A stretch of DNA of 64,000 nt, from contig BDGG01000016.1 of assembly GCA_001949185.1 (NCBI GenBank), positions 310,001 through 374,000 on the forward strand, written 5' to 3'. Source of the stretch: Ramazzottius varieornatus. Taxonomy: Eukaryota > Animalia > Tardigrada. The translations under genes were made by a program, and so were the position numbers. The notes beneath the pieces are model-generated. The model was not told where the DNA came from. It searched no databases and worked only from the letters and a program-made list of their open reading frames with translations. Shown here in pieces: positions 25,720 through 39,573 of the stretch (positions are counted from its first letter, which is position 1; the number at the start of each line of letters is the position of its first letter).

Positions 25720-28700
25720 ATGGCAAGTCGCAGGTATGTCTTTGCTCTTCCTATTTCTTTTTGATCTCCTCGTTGTAAGATAATATTTCATCGGCCGACC
25801 CTCGTTAACTGTTACCGTAGAAATTCATGGATGGAAAGCGCAGGTGGTTGCGTGAGATGGTTACATTCCTTTCGATCGCAGTTCGCGCAAACAGTGATTC
25901 GTGCTGTAGTAATTTCCGCAAAAAACTCCCGGTCTGTGATTCTTTCTTTCTTCTGTGTATGTACTCCTTGACTAGCTTATTCAATGCTAACACGACGCTC
26001 TTTGCTTACGGCAAGATATGAAAGGTAGGTGAAAGGTTGGTGCTTTTTAGGCATCGCAGATCAGAGATATCGAGTCGCGACTTAGTCTGGGCTGTTCCGC
26101 TGTTTGACGCATGAGGTAATAGTGTAGCACGTGGTTGCGTAGCTTCTGATCGTGACGCCATGCGCCGTGTGGCGCAGTGAGCATGTCGGTGCGCGGGTTT
26201 AACTGGGTGCTTTGAGCGAATTGAGTCAGTGCGACAGCTTCTCGGCCAGACGTGAGTGAGTTCGATTAGATCTAGTTTCTCGACAAAAGGCCCGAGCTTC
26301 GAGAAAGCTGTTCCGAGCTACTGCGTTGTCGTTCTATTTTGTTTGTAGGTGGTTTCATCCGAATCTGTCGGGTATTGAAGCGGAGAACCTGCTGCTGCAG
26401 CGCGGAACAGATGGTAGCTTTCTAGCTCGACCGAGCAAAAGCAATCCCGGACAATTTACTCTTTCCGTCAGGTACGACAGTTCATTAATAGCGTTGGATA
26501 GTTACTTCCTGGTTCCATACGCGGGTCACGGAATGGACACAAAATGTGTTTCTTGCAGGCGAAATGGAGGCGTTACCCATATCAAGATCCAAAACGCGGG
26601 TGACTACTACGATCTCTATGGCGGAGAGAAGTTTGCTACCCTGGCCGAACTCGTTCAGTTCTACATGGAGAATCCGGGCCAATTAAGGGAAAAGAAACCA
26701 GGACAAGTGGGCGAAGAAGAGAAAAACGAACCGATCTACCTCACGCATCCGCTGACTTGCGCGGACCCGACACCTGAAAGGTCTGTCGAGCAGAAAGCAA
26801 TCAGAAGATTCCAAGAAATTAAAGGATGCGGGTTTGAGGCCCAGCTTTTGTAGAATATCCAAGTTGTACGAGGTGAATGGAAAGAGCCAACAAAGAACCA
26901 GAGTTAAACAGGGTCCAGCAAAATGCATCTTCTCTTTCCTTCGATCAAAAATATCCTACGAGTTGTTTTGACCGTAGGTGGTTCCATGGGCATCTTAGTG
27001 GCCGAGATGCCGAAAGAGCGTTACTGGACAAAGGCAAGGTTGGCAGTTTCCTGGTACGCGAAAGCCAGACTTCGCCGGGCGATTACGTTTTGACTGTTCG
27101 AACTGACGTGGCTAAAGCACCTGTTACCCACGTCAAGATTCGTTACAAGGTATGGTCTTACGTTTGAAGCCGTTGAATGCATCTAACGAAGTGGCGTTAC
27201 TTAACGGTAGGCCGAGAAGTACGATGTGGGACCCGAGTGCGAAGAATTTGACAGTCTGGCCGACCTCGTAGAGTTCTACAAGAAGAACCCCATGGTTGAC
27301 ACCACTGGCGCCGTCGTCTCGCTCAAGACGGTAATTCCTTGATTCTTATCCATTTTCTCACTATACCGCCGGGCGTAAAAGCCCGATTGATGTATGGTAG
27401 TTTATTGCTCTAGCCATTCAACGCAACACGGTTCCAAGTTGGCGAGATACAAAACCGTGTGAAGGAGCTCCAGAAGGACAGTGGACACACCAGTGGAAAG
27501 TCTGGCTTCTGGGAAGAGTTTGAGGTATTCCGAGCTGTTCCTCAGCTGGACATAATAAAGGAACCTTGGTGATCTGGATCACTTCCAGTCGTGTGCAGAA
27601 CGCAAAAATCTAAATTACACTTTTTTGGTCTTCTTCCTTTGTGTTTTAGTCACTACAACAGCAGGATTTCCGACAACTGCACGCTCGCAAGGAAGGACAG
27701 CGACCTGAAAATAAGCTCAAGAACCGTTACAAAAACATCTTACCGTGTACGTATCATCGCGACGCCTGATAAGTTCACCTTCCGTATGAAAGCTATCAGT
27801 ATTTTCACCTTGGGTATTCTTGCAGTCGACCATTCCAGAGTGATACTCCACGATGCCGATCCTAACGACCCGGGTTCCGACTACATCAACGCAAATTACA
27901 TCGTGGTACATAATATTATGTCCATTATCCAGTGCATATTCAGTACTGGATAGACACTGATATCTCTCATCTCTTGTTTCTCTTTTGCCCTGTATTGCTT
28001 ACCGGGGGTTTATTCCAGCTCGATGATGCGCAGGAAGGTGATGGGAAGACCAAGCCCCGTCGGTACATTGCCAGTCAGGGCTGCCAGTCGCGGACACTGG
28101 GGGACTTTTGGCGCATGGTCTGGCAGGAAAACTCGGCCATCATCGTGATGACCACCAAAGAATTCGAACGCAACAAGGTACTAGACGAAATACGGTCACA
28201 GAAATGCGCCATGATATCTAGCCATGCCTGTAATTCTGTAACGCCTTCGTTGCAGCAAAAATGTTGTCGGTATTGGCCGGACTTGGGCCTTGATGTACAG
28301 CATGGCCCGATCAGAATCACCTGCATGCAGGAAGAGCCTTATCAGGACTACTTCTTGCGAGTCTTCACCATCCAACACCAACAGAAGGTACGCCAGACCA
28401 TGATATATATATCGAGACCAGACTATATCCCCATGGCTTCTAAGGGACATAGAATTTCGTATAGGTTAATAGGAATGTTGTTCGGAAACATGCTCGGCAA
28501 AATCGTTGTTTCTAGTGGCGCACGTTCACTGTTGTTCATGTTGTTCACTGAGCGAATGCGCCACTTGGCCAACGATCTTGCCCACCTCTCAGACTATCAC
28601 AAAAGATTCCTCTTACAGAATCGTTGTAGAAGATAGTCGAAACAGCCAAAATAATCGAAGTACGTAAATACTGAAAGTTCAGAAACTAATAATGGCAAGC

Positions 28701-29732
28701 GAGTAAGTTTAGCGACAATATAAATAACAGTTTTTTTTGACGACTTACGTATTTTCACTGTGTCTTTGTTGTAGACGGACGAGCCTCGCACAGTGTACCA
28801 GTACCATTTCCACGCCTGGCCGGATCACGGTGTCCCCGTCGATCCCGGCTGTGTTCTGAACTTTCTGAACAAGATTTGCGACCAGCAAGAAGCAGCCAGG
28901 AATGCCGGGCCGGTGATTGTCCATTGCAGTGCCGGTATTGGACGCACGGGTACATTCATAGCCATTGATATCCTCATCACCTTCATCACCAAATGGAGTA
29001 TGTACTCCCACTTTTTTCTCGTTAAAGTCTTTCGCGGAAGTTTCGTCCTTTTCGCTATTGCGACTGTTATTTTTATGAATGGGGTCTTGTTCTAGTTATG
29101 ACGCATGCTGTGGGGCCAGAATGCGAGATCGACATTCATCGGACAGTGCTGATGCTACGGGATAAACGCTCGGGAATGGTCCAGACAGAAGCACAATACA
29201 AGTTTATTTACACGGCTGTCCTGCATTACAGTACGAACTTCCAGTTACCTTGGCGAATTATTCCAAAAGTGAGACCCATATATTTTAACTGGACGTTATG
29301 TGTGATTGTAGTGAACCATACGGTCAACCATCTGATGAAACAACCCGACGGCGTACGTTTGCTTCATCTGCGCGAAATGGAACGTGGGCAATCGAAATGA
29401 ACCAGATCATTCTCCCACGGGGCGCACACTTTCAGCCAGTTTCAATGAGAATGTGCGCCACCTGAGATGACGAATCGACGATCTGGTTCAATTCATTTGC
29501 CCACGCCCCAAATGATGTAAGTTTCTCTTGTGTCAGCGATTCTAACCTCTTTTGTTTCTTGCAGAATCAAGCTGGAAGAGAATACCTAAACGTGAACGGA
29601 GCAGGGGCGCTATCACGAGGTATTTCGCAGACAAGCGGAAGTACGCGAAGCTTGAACGGTCCTTCGACCATAGCCTATCCTAATTTGAATGGCCTGAGCA
29701 TTTCCTCCACTCCGCCCAAGGGTTCAAAGTGA
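25720..29732 (+). CDS. PTPN11: SH2-SH2-PTP tyrosine phosphatase SHP2/corkscrew, multi-exon
   Basis: 14-nt first coding exon ATGGCAAGTCGCAG joins 26349 to give MASRRWFHP. Two SH2 domains ([22 protein letters not shown]); [42 protein letters not shown]; tail YLNV and YPNL motifs. Confidence 0.96.
28493..28583. repeat. Fold-back element copy 5 (PTPN11 intron), spacer 34 nt with internal TGTTGTTCA duplication
   Basis: CTCGGCAAAATCG..TAGTGGCGCA-N34-TGCGCCACTTGG..ACGATCTTGCC. Confidence 0.85.
29383..29505. repeat. Fold-back element copy 6 (PTPN11 last intron), 27-nt spacer
   Basis: GTGGGCAA..GAACCAGATC..GGGGCGCA-N27-TGCGCCACCTGAG..GATCTGGTTC..TTGCCCAC. Confidence 0.85.
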
Positions 29733-30566
29733 GAAATTTCCCGCTACTTGTCAAAGATTTTCCCGTGTACAGGCTTGTTTTAGATTAGTATGTTTTTGCA
29801 CGATGATTGTTGAAGACTTTCAGGCGAGATTGACACGTACGTTGTTGCTCACCATGTGCGGCACTCCTGTATTAGACTTTCTTGCTGGACAATTGGTTCG
29901 TTCGCTCGAATTTGATTTTATGCTCTTTAGACTTTTTACCCACTTTAAAACCATCGGCGATTTTACCTTTTAGTTCATTTTCGTTATTTTTTACCCCTTT
30001 AAGTCGGTGCTCACTTTCTTTCTCTTATTGTGTACTCTGTTTTACGTCTAATTCTCCTTCTTACTAATAACCTTAGCTCTACTTTTGATCATTGCATTGA
30101 ACTTAAGCTTTGAAAGCGAAGGACTACTTCCGTCCACAAGTAAAAAATTGTTTTCAGGGGCTTAACAGGATTAACGAGCCGTTTGCTTTGTGTTAGCGTC
30201 CGGAGCCGGAAAATGACAGCACAAAAAGTGCGCGGACATCCTTTGATTCAATTATCACCACGTTGAACCGAGGTGTAAAGTGGAGAGTTTTTACCGTACT
30301 CCTTCAGGTCGAACAGGCTAACAATGTCTCGGTCCGCAAAGAGCACGGTCCTAACGAACGCTGTATACCACAACCACACACAAGTTTCGCGTATCCACTT
30401 TTTTTCGCCCAAGACCATAGCTCCCTAACCTTCTAATTGTATTGGCGATCCTCAAGATTATCTTCACCGTTGACACATCCACGCAACAGTGGTAGGAAGA
30501 CAGCCGCTACTGCGAATCATGACCCATGGTCCATGGAACTTATGTGGCAGGCCGGTAAGGAAGACA

Positions 30567-30646
30567 TACAAAATCGTTTCCCAGGTGGCGCGCGGCCCAG
30601 CCAAAGACAATGGGAACATGCGCCACTTGAGATAACGTTCTTGTAC
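30567..30646. repeat. Fold-back element copy 7, 26-nt spacer
   Basis: CCCAGGTGGCGCG-N26-TGCGCCACTTGAG. Confidence 0.85.
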
Positions 30647-31549
30647 GTTTCGTTCGCTGACCTCTCATCTCGTACCAGAATAATCTCGGGCACGGGTCAA
30701 TTGGAATTCGCAAAAAGCTCTCAGGTACTTTTTCTCAACGTTAACGCACGGGAAACAATTGACTTTGGTTGAGTTCGCACACTGGAACTTGCCCGGAGCA
30801 AGGAAAATGTTGCAAGCAGAAGTCCCAGCGGTGCAAAGCCATTTTGGGTGGTGCTTCACTGATTCCAGCCGCAGAACGATTTCGTCGACTGGGTTCTTCT
30901 CCCACCAAAGCACCATTATGCTTTATTAGTCGAAGCAAACTTGTACGATCATAACTTAACTTTCCTTACTTTCATCGTTCGCGATACTACCGATTGCCAG
31001 TTTCCCACATTCGTAAAACACCGGACGGAAACGAGGTATTTACCTGTCATCGACATCGTTGCGACCGGTCTGCTCCTTGTAGTCATTGCGGAAGCCTCGA
31101 ATCTTAGGTCAGGTACCTGCTCAACGCTAGCGTGTCGGACCTTCAAAGCATCGGCACCAGCGAACTTGCACAATCTGGTTTTCTTCATGCAGGGTTTAAC
31201 GAACCAACCCACTCCTGTCACAAGCCTATCATCCAAAGCTCGGTTCTAAACTGTGCGATCAGCACCGTTAAGGAAGATATTACGGCAATCGAAGCATGCT
31301 ACCAAGACCAAGGATTTTCCCGAAGAGGACAGTCTCTGGACAGTATATCGATCCGTATCGTTATTATCGTTATGGGGGGAGGGGGGTATTACCTGGCGGC
31401 AATGCCCCCAGAGTCAAGTTCCAGGATACAATAGCAGCTTGCATTGTCAGAGAGCAGAAAATCGCTGAGAATACACCCCCAAATGTTGTGAAGTTTTCTT
31501 TCAAAAGAAAGTTGGAAGCTCGGCAAACAAACTCAACAGCACCACTGGG

Positions 31550-31645
31550 AAACCGTATTCCCAAGTGGCGCACGCTTTCAGCCAACAAGACTGTAAACGT
31601 GCGCCACTTCAGGGAATAATTTGGTTGAATCTGTTCCCCGAGCTG
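31550..31645. repeat. Fold-back element copy 8, 27-nt spacer
   Basis: TTCCCAAGTGGCGCA-N27-TGCGCCACTT..CCGAGCT. Confidence 0.9.
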
Positions 31646-32987
31646 TCGTATTGTCTGTAAGAATGAAATGATTACGAAAGACCGCACTGACTCGTCTAAT
31701 GAATTTGGACCAGACTTGTCCAACATGTGGCCACAATTTCCGAGCGTGATTGGGTCATTAGGGTCGCTCCTCAACAACAACAACAACACTGTTCGAAACT
31801 TCGAATCATCGTCAGTTAAACAACATTACTTGGAACAAGCTGCAGGACCTGTTGCTGATCACCATACCTTATTTGTTCTCTGACATACCCGTCGTAAAAT
31901 GCACCTCGTTTCCGATCGGCAGACTTCAACTTATCTTACCCTCACTGGAAAGCTCTCAAAACAGGCAGACAATGGGTAGTCCCAACACTCACAGGCAATG
32001 GTTTGATACTTCGTGGCCGAACTGTTCCGCGCACAGTAAAGCTCCGAGAACGACCAGCCAGGAACTCGCACAGAACCCAGTGGAGGTCATTGGTGGGACC
32101 ACTTGACATCTAATCAAGAGTGACAGTTTACTTCCTGTTTGACGTCCCCAATAAAAACCATTCTCGCTTGAACTTTCCCCCCACCACACTGCATCACATC
32201 ACAAACTGACCTGTGCAGACTTCCGGCAAGACGAAGGACGGATTGACGAGGCGAAGCGAGTCAGCTGGCGTTCAATGCGGCAGTATTAAGAGGTTCATTT
32301 TGATCGCTACTTTATACCACCTCACCAAACGACATCTGAAGCCTTCTCTTTGAACCACTGACATCAATCCCAGTATACCTGTAAGACAGAAGACCACACA
32401 GTTGATGACCCCAGTTAGACTGCAGACAGTGAAAAGCTTTGACTGATGAAACGTAGACTGAGTTTTATTGGCCAGTTCCGGTCGCATCAATTTGATTCAT
32501 TCAGCGCTGTACGCTGGGATTGTCTGTCTAGTCTAGCGACTAATTCACTTTATTCAAGGCAGAGGTTAACTTAGCGCGTCGAAAGGAGGCTCAACTCAAA
32601 ACCTGCCGATGTAGAACTGACGCATGGCGGACTTTTATGGCTATCCATCGGGGCCTCTACGCCGGCTGTGACAGATGGATAGTGCCGCTTGGCTGCCTAT
32701 CACAACAAGCAAAAAACCCTATGCCGACAGCTACTCAACATCGGCCAAGGGCAGGTAGGTACCTTGTTCAGCTAAAAGCCCTAAATGACATTAAAACACA
32801 ACGCACTCACCTGCTGCATGACTGGCTCCCCTCTCACTTTCAGACAATGGTGCTAGACGACGCCCAAACACAGCTGCAAAAAGGAAACTCGTTCACCCAA
32901 GAAACCCGATATCCGTAGGCGAAACTTCCGTTTAATATGCGAAATTCCATGTTTCGATCTAAAATTTCAGAATATACCGAGGATCCA

Positions 32988-33086
32988 GGCAAACTAGACA
33001 AGATCGGCTCCTTGTGACGCACCTTTCCAGTGTAATCACCTGGAGGCATGCGCCACTTGGAGATACAATCTTGTCATCTTTGTTTG
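32988..33086. repeat. Fold-back element copy 9, 27-nt spacer
   Basis: GACAAGATC..GTGACGCA-N27-TGCGCCACTTGG..ATCTTGTC. Confidence 0.85.
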
Positions 33087-33599
33087 AAGAGCACTTTAAA
33101 TTTTCTGAAAATTTTTACATCATACTCTTATAGGTCAGAAATTGCTATTTATCTCAAGAGTCTTTGGTGAACAAAAATTTCCACAAAGACACTGCTGCGG
33201 GTATCTTGGCTGAGCTCTTGAGAGTCGTCATCAGCACTAGGTCGCGCCTAGGCATCCCATCTTGCTGTGCGAGACTACACTTGTGAATCAAGCCGGTAAT
33301 TTCTATCCGCGAGGAATACGACCTTCATTACAGAGGTAGACACTTGGACCATGGCCTCGTTAAACGCGAAATCATGACTATCCGTCTAGCGCAGAAAAAG
33401 CATCAAAAGCTCCGGAAGCATACCTGAAAGGCAACGGAAGTCTCCCCTCTTCCGGATGTTGATGAGAAGACAATCGCCGTGCTGCACCGACTAGAGTTCC
33501 TGTCCTACACCGTCATCCTCAGTACCTGCAATGACAACGAACCCGTCAGAAACTCAAATCTGAAAATTATACAAACTATTCATGTACGAATGAGAGATC

Positions 33600-33670
33600 A
33601 AACCATCTTTTCAAGTAGCGCACGCTTATAGTCAATAACTCCGAGAATGTGCGCAACTTGGGAAAATCAC
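33600..33670. repeat. Fold-back element copy 10, 27-nt spacer
   Basis: TTTTCAAGTAGCGCA-N27-TGCGCAACTTGGGAAAA. Confidence 0.85.
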
Positions 33671-34506
33671 GTTTGTCTGTGAGCTTTCAAACTCTAAATT
33701 TTGATACGTATTCTGGTATTACACGTATTTTTGTGATGTGAAGCACCTAAAAACGTTTCGAGAAACTTCCGAAAATATCGAAGAATACTGGCCACGGTTC
33801 TTCGGGCGGAAGTCAAGAAGGGAATATTCCGCTTGGCACAAGTCAAGCAAGGTGATTGGGGAAAAAGTCACAAATTGTCGAGACAAGTGATTAGTCGACA
33901 GAAAGCTTGCTAAAGGAAAAGATCACCAACGGTGGCTTCCATCAGAATAGCCTTCGTTTCTCACTCCACTGACAGACTTTTTGTCGGTGCTTCCTTGACG
34001 GCGACCCAGGTACAGCGGCTGGCTCGGCCTTGGGCATGGTACCACCGCGATAAAGCCAGTCTACAGTGCATGCAAGCATACCTCTGGAATGTGATTCACA
34101 CTGCTCGGAACAGCTGCAGCTGCAAAGTACCTTTTACAGCACCAAATTCTTTACAGCTTCCATCGACATGACTAACACCCGGCAAAGAAGAAGTCAACGC
34201 ACTGTGCATTCAGCATCGTCGCCCATGTAATATACCAATTCGGCAATTTTTAAGCGATTCCCACTCTTCAAAGCTACCGGCTTTCCACGTTCGAGGAAGC
34301 ATAAAAAAGCCTAGACTTGCTTTGCTCGCAGACAGACAAGCAAACTAATATTTTCGCTGCCATGAGCATGCGCAGTGACTCCATACCGGAACCACGCAGT
34401 CACCCAATGCGCGCTAATGTCCGACCACTTCTTATCGCAAGTTAATCATTCGCATTCATAAGAATACCGACCAGGATATTCCCACATACAGAAGTCGCAT
34501 AAACAT

Positions 34507-34678
34507 TCCACCATCAATCACCGAGAACGAATTCCGCGGAACAAAATTGATAGCACTAACGAGGAGGAGACCGCGGTTCGATTCCCCAAAATCCACCATC
34601 AATCACCGAGAACGAATTCCGCGGAACAAAATTGATAGCACTAACGAGGAGGAGACCGCGGTTCGATTCCCCAAAATC
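34507..34678. repeat. Exact 85-bp tandem duplication (2 copies)
   Basis: 34507-34591 is repeated identically from 34592. Confidence 0.95.
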
Positions 34679-35753
34679 TCGCCTTTTGCAAAACTCAAAC
34701 TTTAAAAAAACTGATGAGCTTCTCCCTTCGAAATCCTGATTTTCGCAAAAATCCACCAAGAGTTCCACCAGCAGTTCGTATAAATTTTCACCACAAATCC
34801 AGTTCGATAAAAATTTTCTGAAGCTCTGGACAAAAAGCAACCTACATTTCTGGCCCAGACAATGGTCCTTGTCTCCACTCCTGCCGACGCTCGAGACGCA
34901 GACGTTCCGGCAACCGAGAAAAATACGGTGCAGAATGAAGACCGAACAGGGAGGAAGGGACAGATATTATTTAATGGAGCACAGCAAGAGAAGGAACGTG
35001 CCGAATGGGCCAAAGTCGCTTGACTAGGTTAAGCGCCAGCGAAGAAGACGCCGCCGCTTTTGAGTCTAAGCAAGCAAAACCGGCAAAGAGTTTGATATTG
35101 CCCGAGTACACTGTAAATCCAAGACAAGTCTTGCAGCTAGCTGGTCACAGCTGCTGCAGCCATTAAATCAATCCCTTCCGCCCAAGCACACACACATACG
35201 TTGCACCACATATTCTCTTATCCAATCATTTATTAGTACACGGCACAGTCAAGGCAGGGCTCCACGGCGAACTCGAGCACGCCTGATACCAAAGGTATGC
35301 ATGCCATGCCATGTCGCCTCGTCCGAGCACAGTTTGCACCTTGAGTTCGTTCACGAACCTTGTCACCGAGTACCACCCTGCAGTTCCCCGCAGTAACGAC
35401 ACGCGGACGGACCATCAGACGGAACACGAAACCGAACGTTCGTCATTTCCGGAACTATCACCGAATTGATGTTTCTGAAATGGCCCAAAAAACGCGCGTT
35501 CCGAAGAACCGTAAAAAACATGACAAATTCATTTCACGAAAATGATGGTGCGTTGTTCGGTTATTTTCGTAAGTAACAGAGCCTTTCCCCAAAGTGGCTG
35601 GCAAGACCGAGATTCGATGAACATTTGAAAATCAAGGTCGTCGAGAGCTTATTCAGAACAAAATTTCGAGTCCGAGACCGTCCGAGAATTAATCAATTTT
35701 CGACTGAATAATTTCACGAATACGGATCAGCAAAACTCGGATCTTGGCATATA

Positions 35754-35875
35754 GGAGCTCGGTAAACAAACTCCACAAGGTTGTTTCCCCAAGTGGCGCA
35801 CCTTCTCGATGCTACCGGCTGGAAGCGTGTGCTGCTTGGAAAAACGATCCTGTCCAACTTGTTTGCCGAGCTCCC
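35754..35875. repeat. Fold-back element copy 11 (near full length), 27-nt spacer
   Basis: GGAGCTCGGTAAACAAA..CCCAAGTGGCGCA-N27-TGTGCTGCTTGG..TTGTTTGCCGAGCTCC. Confidence 0.9.
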
Positions 35876-38800
35876 GTATTACGAAAGCAGGAGGAAACTT
35901 TTTCCGCTCCTTAACGCCCTGTCGCGCACGAAAGTAACGTAAAATCAATGTACAGTCTAATAATTTCAACACCTGGCCTAAAAAAGTGCTGAATGAAGCC
36001 TTGAGGTCCTGACAAAAGTTGCCCATGGGAAGTTCCATCGGGCCCCGCTATTTTTCCTTGTTCCAAAAAAACACCTGCGTGATACAGCCTCGTAAAGAGC
36101 TTTGCGTTTCCACCTGAGCTATCGCGTGCTTCCATACCCGGCGGTACGGGCAAAAAGCGGCAGACCAGACTGGCAGCTACTGTGAAAATCTTCAAGCAGA
36201 CAATTACTAATGGCCTGTCTCGGCTAATCATACTTCTCGTACGCTCACTGAGAATGACAACCGTCAACTACCCCCATCTTCCGCCTTTCTTCGCGCACGC
36301 CTCTCTCCCAGACAACTGTCACCTCTCTCGAACACTTCTGTCTGTTTCCTCTTTTTTGAAGCCCCCGAAATTCAACCGAGCGCGAAATTAGCCGCTGCAA
36401 AGTTCAAACCCGCTAAAACCGAAAAACTAAAAAACGCGAATATTTTCAAACCAAATAGAAACAGCTTTCACATACGTAAAAACTCCGCTGGATACTCTGA
36501 AAATATTCCTTGGCAAAAGCACGTTCTCCGAACTCTGCAAAAACGATCAGATGAATTCACACGAAAAGGTATTTTGAGCTTGCGGATTGTTGCGGGCCAG
36601 TGTGACACCGCGCCATGAACCGGAACAAATACTTCCCTTCGCGTTCTGGTCTCACTTGGCGCAAACGCAACAGGAGCTCACAAGTAGACAAGAGGAGGAA
36701 GCGGGGATAGTTGGTGGTTAATCAGATAGGCAGACGTTTAATATCCTTAAATGGCACAAATCAGCGACATAGTCTTCCAAACCATTCATCGCCGGCTCAC
36801 TGTACAATATCTTCGTCATAATATTATTACTAGTATTCATACAGCTAGTCCCTCAACAGTGCCACTATTTCGCCTGCGATAACAGGATCGTCGATGGCTT
36901 ACTCGTCTTCGACACACTCAAACAGACGGCCAAAGCCAAAAGCAAAAGCCATCAAAAATGGCCACAATATAAAACCTGCCACACCGGATTCCGCAGCCGA
37001 AGCAGCAGCTGCTTCCAACCTCGTCTAACATGACCAAAGTCGGCTGAAACCCAGACAGACACACTCCACCCTAGCTTCAGTCCAACAGCTGCAGCTTAAA
37101 ACCTCAAACCATACTTATGACGTCACCGCGATTTTTTGAATCAATTCAAAATTTCCAGACAGATGTTCGCGAAAATTTATGAGAATATTCGGACTGAGGG
37201 AGTGAGATCAGAAAAGTTAAAGATCCTTTTCACCAAAGCTGGAAACTTTTCTGATTTTTACAGTAAAACTCTCAATTTGCTCCGCGATGACGTCACGCGG
37301 CGGCAATCCAACTCCGCACGCCGAGACATTTGATGAACTCCCCGGTCCATTACAACCGACTTTCTTCTCTCTTCCCTCGCTAAAAGCTCACAGACAAGCA
37401 ACGAACCAGTCAGAGGCAGAAAAGCAGACGGTCATCTTGTCAGGCTTCCTTAACACCACTCTCGTCTACTTTTCTCAAGTTCCTCAACTAAACTATATCT
37501 TACAGATTATATTGCCCAATTCAGCAACTTTCACCTCATTGAAACCTGTAAAGATTCCTGACAACTTAGCAGTTCTTTCACCCCTCAAAGCATGCAAAAA
37601 CCTGCTGCAGGTTTGTTTCAAGAGTTCGAAGGCTGGCTTTCCCTCTCGAAAGCCTAGCCGAGCTCGCATTTGGGTGCCGTACTGAAGTGTTAAGGCTATA
37701 AACTGGCCGACTCGAGTTTCCTGCTTCTTCATAAAGCAAACAATGTCTCTGCTCCATCTTTTCAATATTTGCGCTGCATTAAAGTCAGCGTCTTGTGACT
37801 GGCGACTTGTGCTGCTTGCATGCTTTACAAGCATGATAGCCCAGTATCATACCCAAGCTTACAGAGACTAGAATTTATACTCGGAGATCTTCTTGAAGAC
37901 AGCTGCCGCACACTAGAATGCTGTGTCAGATATTTGAGAAAGGGCAGAATCTGCGCGGTAAACAAGAGGCCACTTATCCCGTGCATCATCTTCCTACCTT
38001 CGGACGAGGATGACGTCAATGTCCGCCGGGAACCACCATCGCGTCAGCTCAATTTCATCCTTTACAATTGTCTTCGGGTTTCCGTGAACCAATCCGAGTC
38101 TCTGGGAAACAAACCAGGAATTCAGCTGGGACACCTGCAAAATTCAGGAAGAAAAAATGGGTTAAAAACTGAAAGTTGACATAGTGCAAAGAGGGATATC
38201 GAACAAGAAAAAGCGTACAGCTCGGAAACACAGTATTCGAAAACCCTTTGAGACAGAACGCGGTTTTCGGAAGATCAGCTTTTTAGAAGATAATGCGGAA
38301 ATACATTATTTTCGCTCGGCTATCGAGTTGCATTTCTGGAAAACTGAGGACTGCAAGATCGGTAGCCGGACGAAAACAATGAGAAGAACAGATGGTTTCA
38401 CAAACTATAAATGAGATATGAAACCACAAAAATACGGAGGGAGTTTAAGAGGGGAGAAAAGTGTTTGCTGGGTAAATATGACAACACAGGCATTAACCTA
38501 AAGAGTTGCCGTCGAGTCGTCGACGACAAACGAGACGGCTACTCTTGGATCCCCTCCCCATACGACTCATCGCACCGGAAGAGAGCGCGAGCACCAGATT
38601 CACGGATACATACTGTACTCAAATGACGCTTGAATTTCCTTCTCCACTTACAAGTCCCTCTCCTTCCACTTCCGGCTGCTTCCAGGCCTTCCATTCAGTT
38701 CTCAGATCTGGAACATATTTTCGAAATTACCAGCAGAAAATATAGATTTAAAGTTTTGATTAACCGCGATATTGAGTCAACAAATTTAAGGGAAATTTAC

Positions 38801-39471
38801 AACTGATGGACAAAATACTCCTTGGAGCAACCTTCTCGATGGGAAATTGGCCCCCATCGCCTCCGGTACTTACAAACAAACTAGCAAATCCTGGCAGGTT
38901 AATGGTTAGTATGGCCTGCCAAATAGACATACTTTATGGAAGGAGGAAGTAGTTGCTTCGTGGTGTGGTCCGACGTCATTCGGGGAAAAGGCGAAGAGTT
39001 CACTCGCCTGCCCGTCAATGATTCATAGGCAAGACATTAAAAATATGCGAACCACGCAACTTGACGTTTCCTGTCTGCATCATCAATTTCCATAGTCGCG
39101 CACTGGAGGGAAGTTACTTCCTCGTCCGCAGTGACTCCACACCTATCGAACACATCGAGCGATGGGTATCAGCTCCACTTTTGAGCGGAGCTATAGCCAA
39201 TGTTACCGTTAATCAATCTGCGATTGATTCTTCGGTCGTGGTACTTTGCTTTGCTGGCAAGGTGTGCCCAAGCATTTTCGACCCCCATTGATTATCACAT
39301 CAACAGTGTACTCACTTGCGCAAAATGCCGCCATTGTCACTTTAACAACTCCTACTAACCCTATCCACCCACTGCTTCCAAATGCTTCCTCCAAGCGAGA
39401 AGACCTTCCACTTCAGTCTGCAGATAACATAGATCTATGCAAGCACATTATGCGATCAGCGGGTAAAAAAG

Positions 39472-39573
39472 GGGAGCTCGGGAATCAAAGTCGACAAGAG
39501 TGGCGCACGTTCTCTGTGTTAGAAACAGAAAACATGCGCCACTTAATAAAACGATCTTGTCGAGTTTATTTGT
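39472..39573. repeat. Fold-back element copy 12, 27-nt spacer
   Basis: GGGAGCTCGG..TCGACAAGAGTGGCGCA-N27-TGCGCCACTT..ACGATCTTGTCGAG. Confidence 0.9.

Noticed and set aside
34555-34590. Functional tRNA-Asp gene
   Set aside because: D-arm, anticodon arm and 3' acceptor strand are missing and the 5' piece is inverted.
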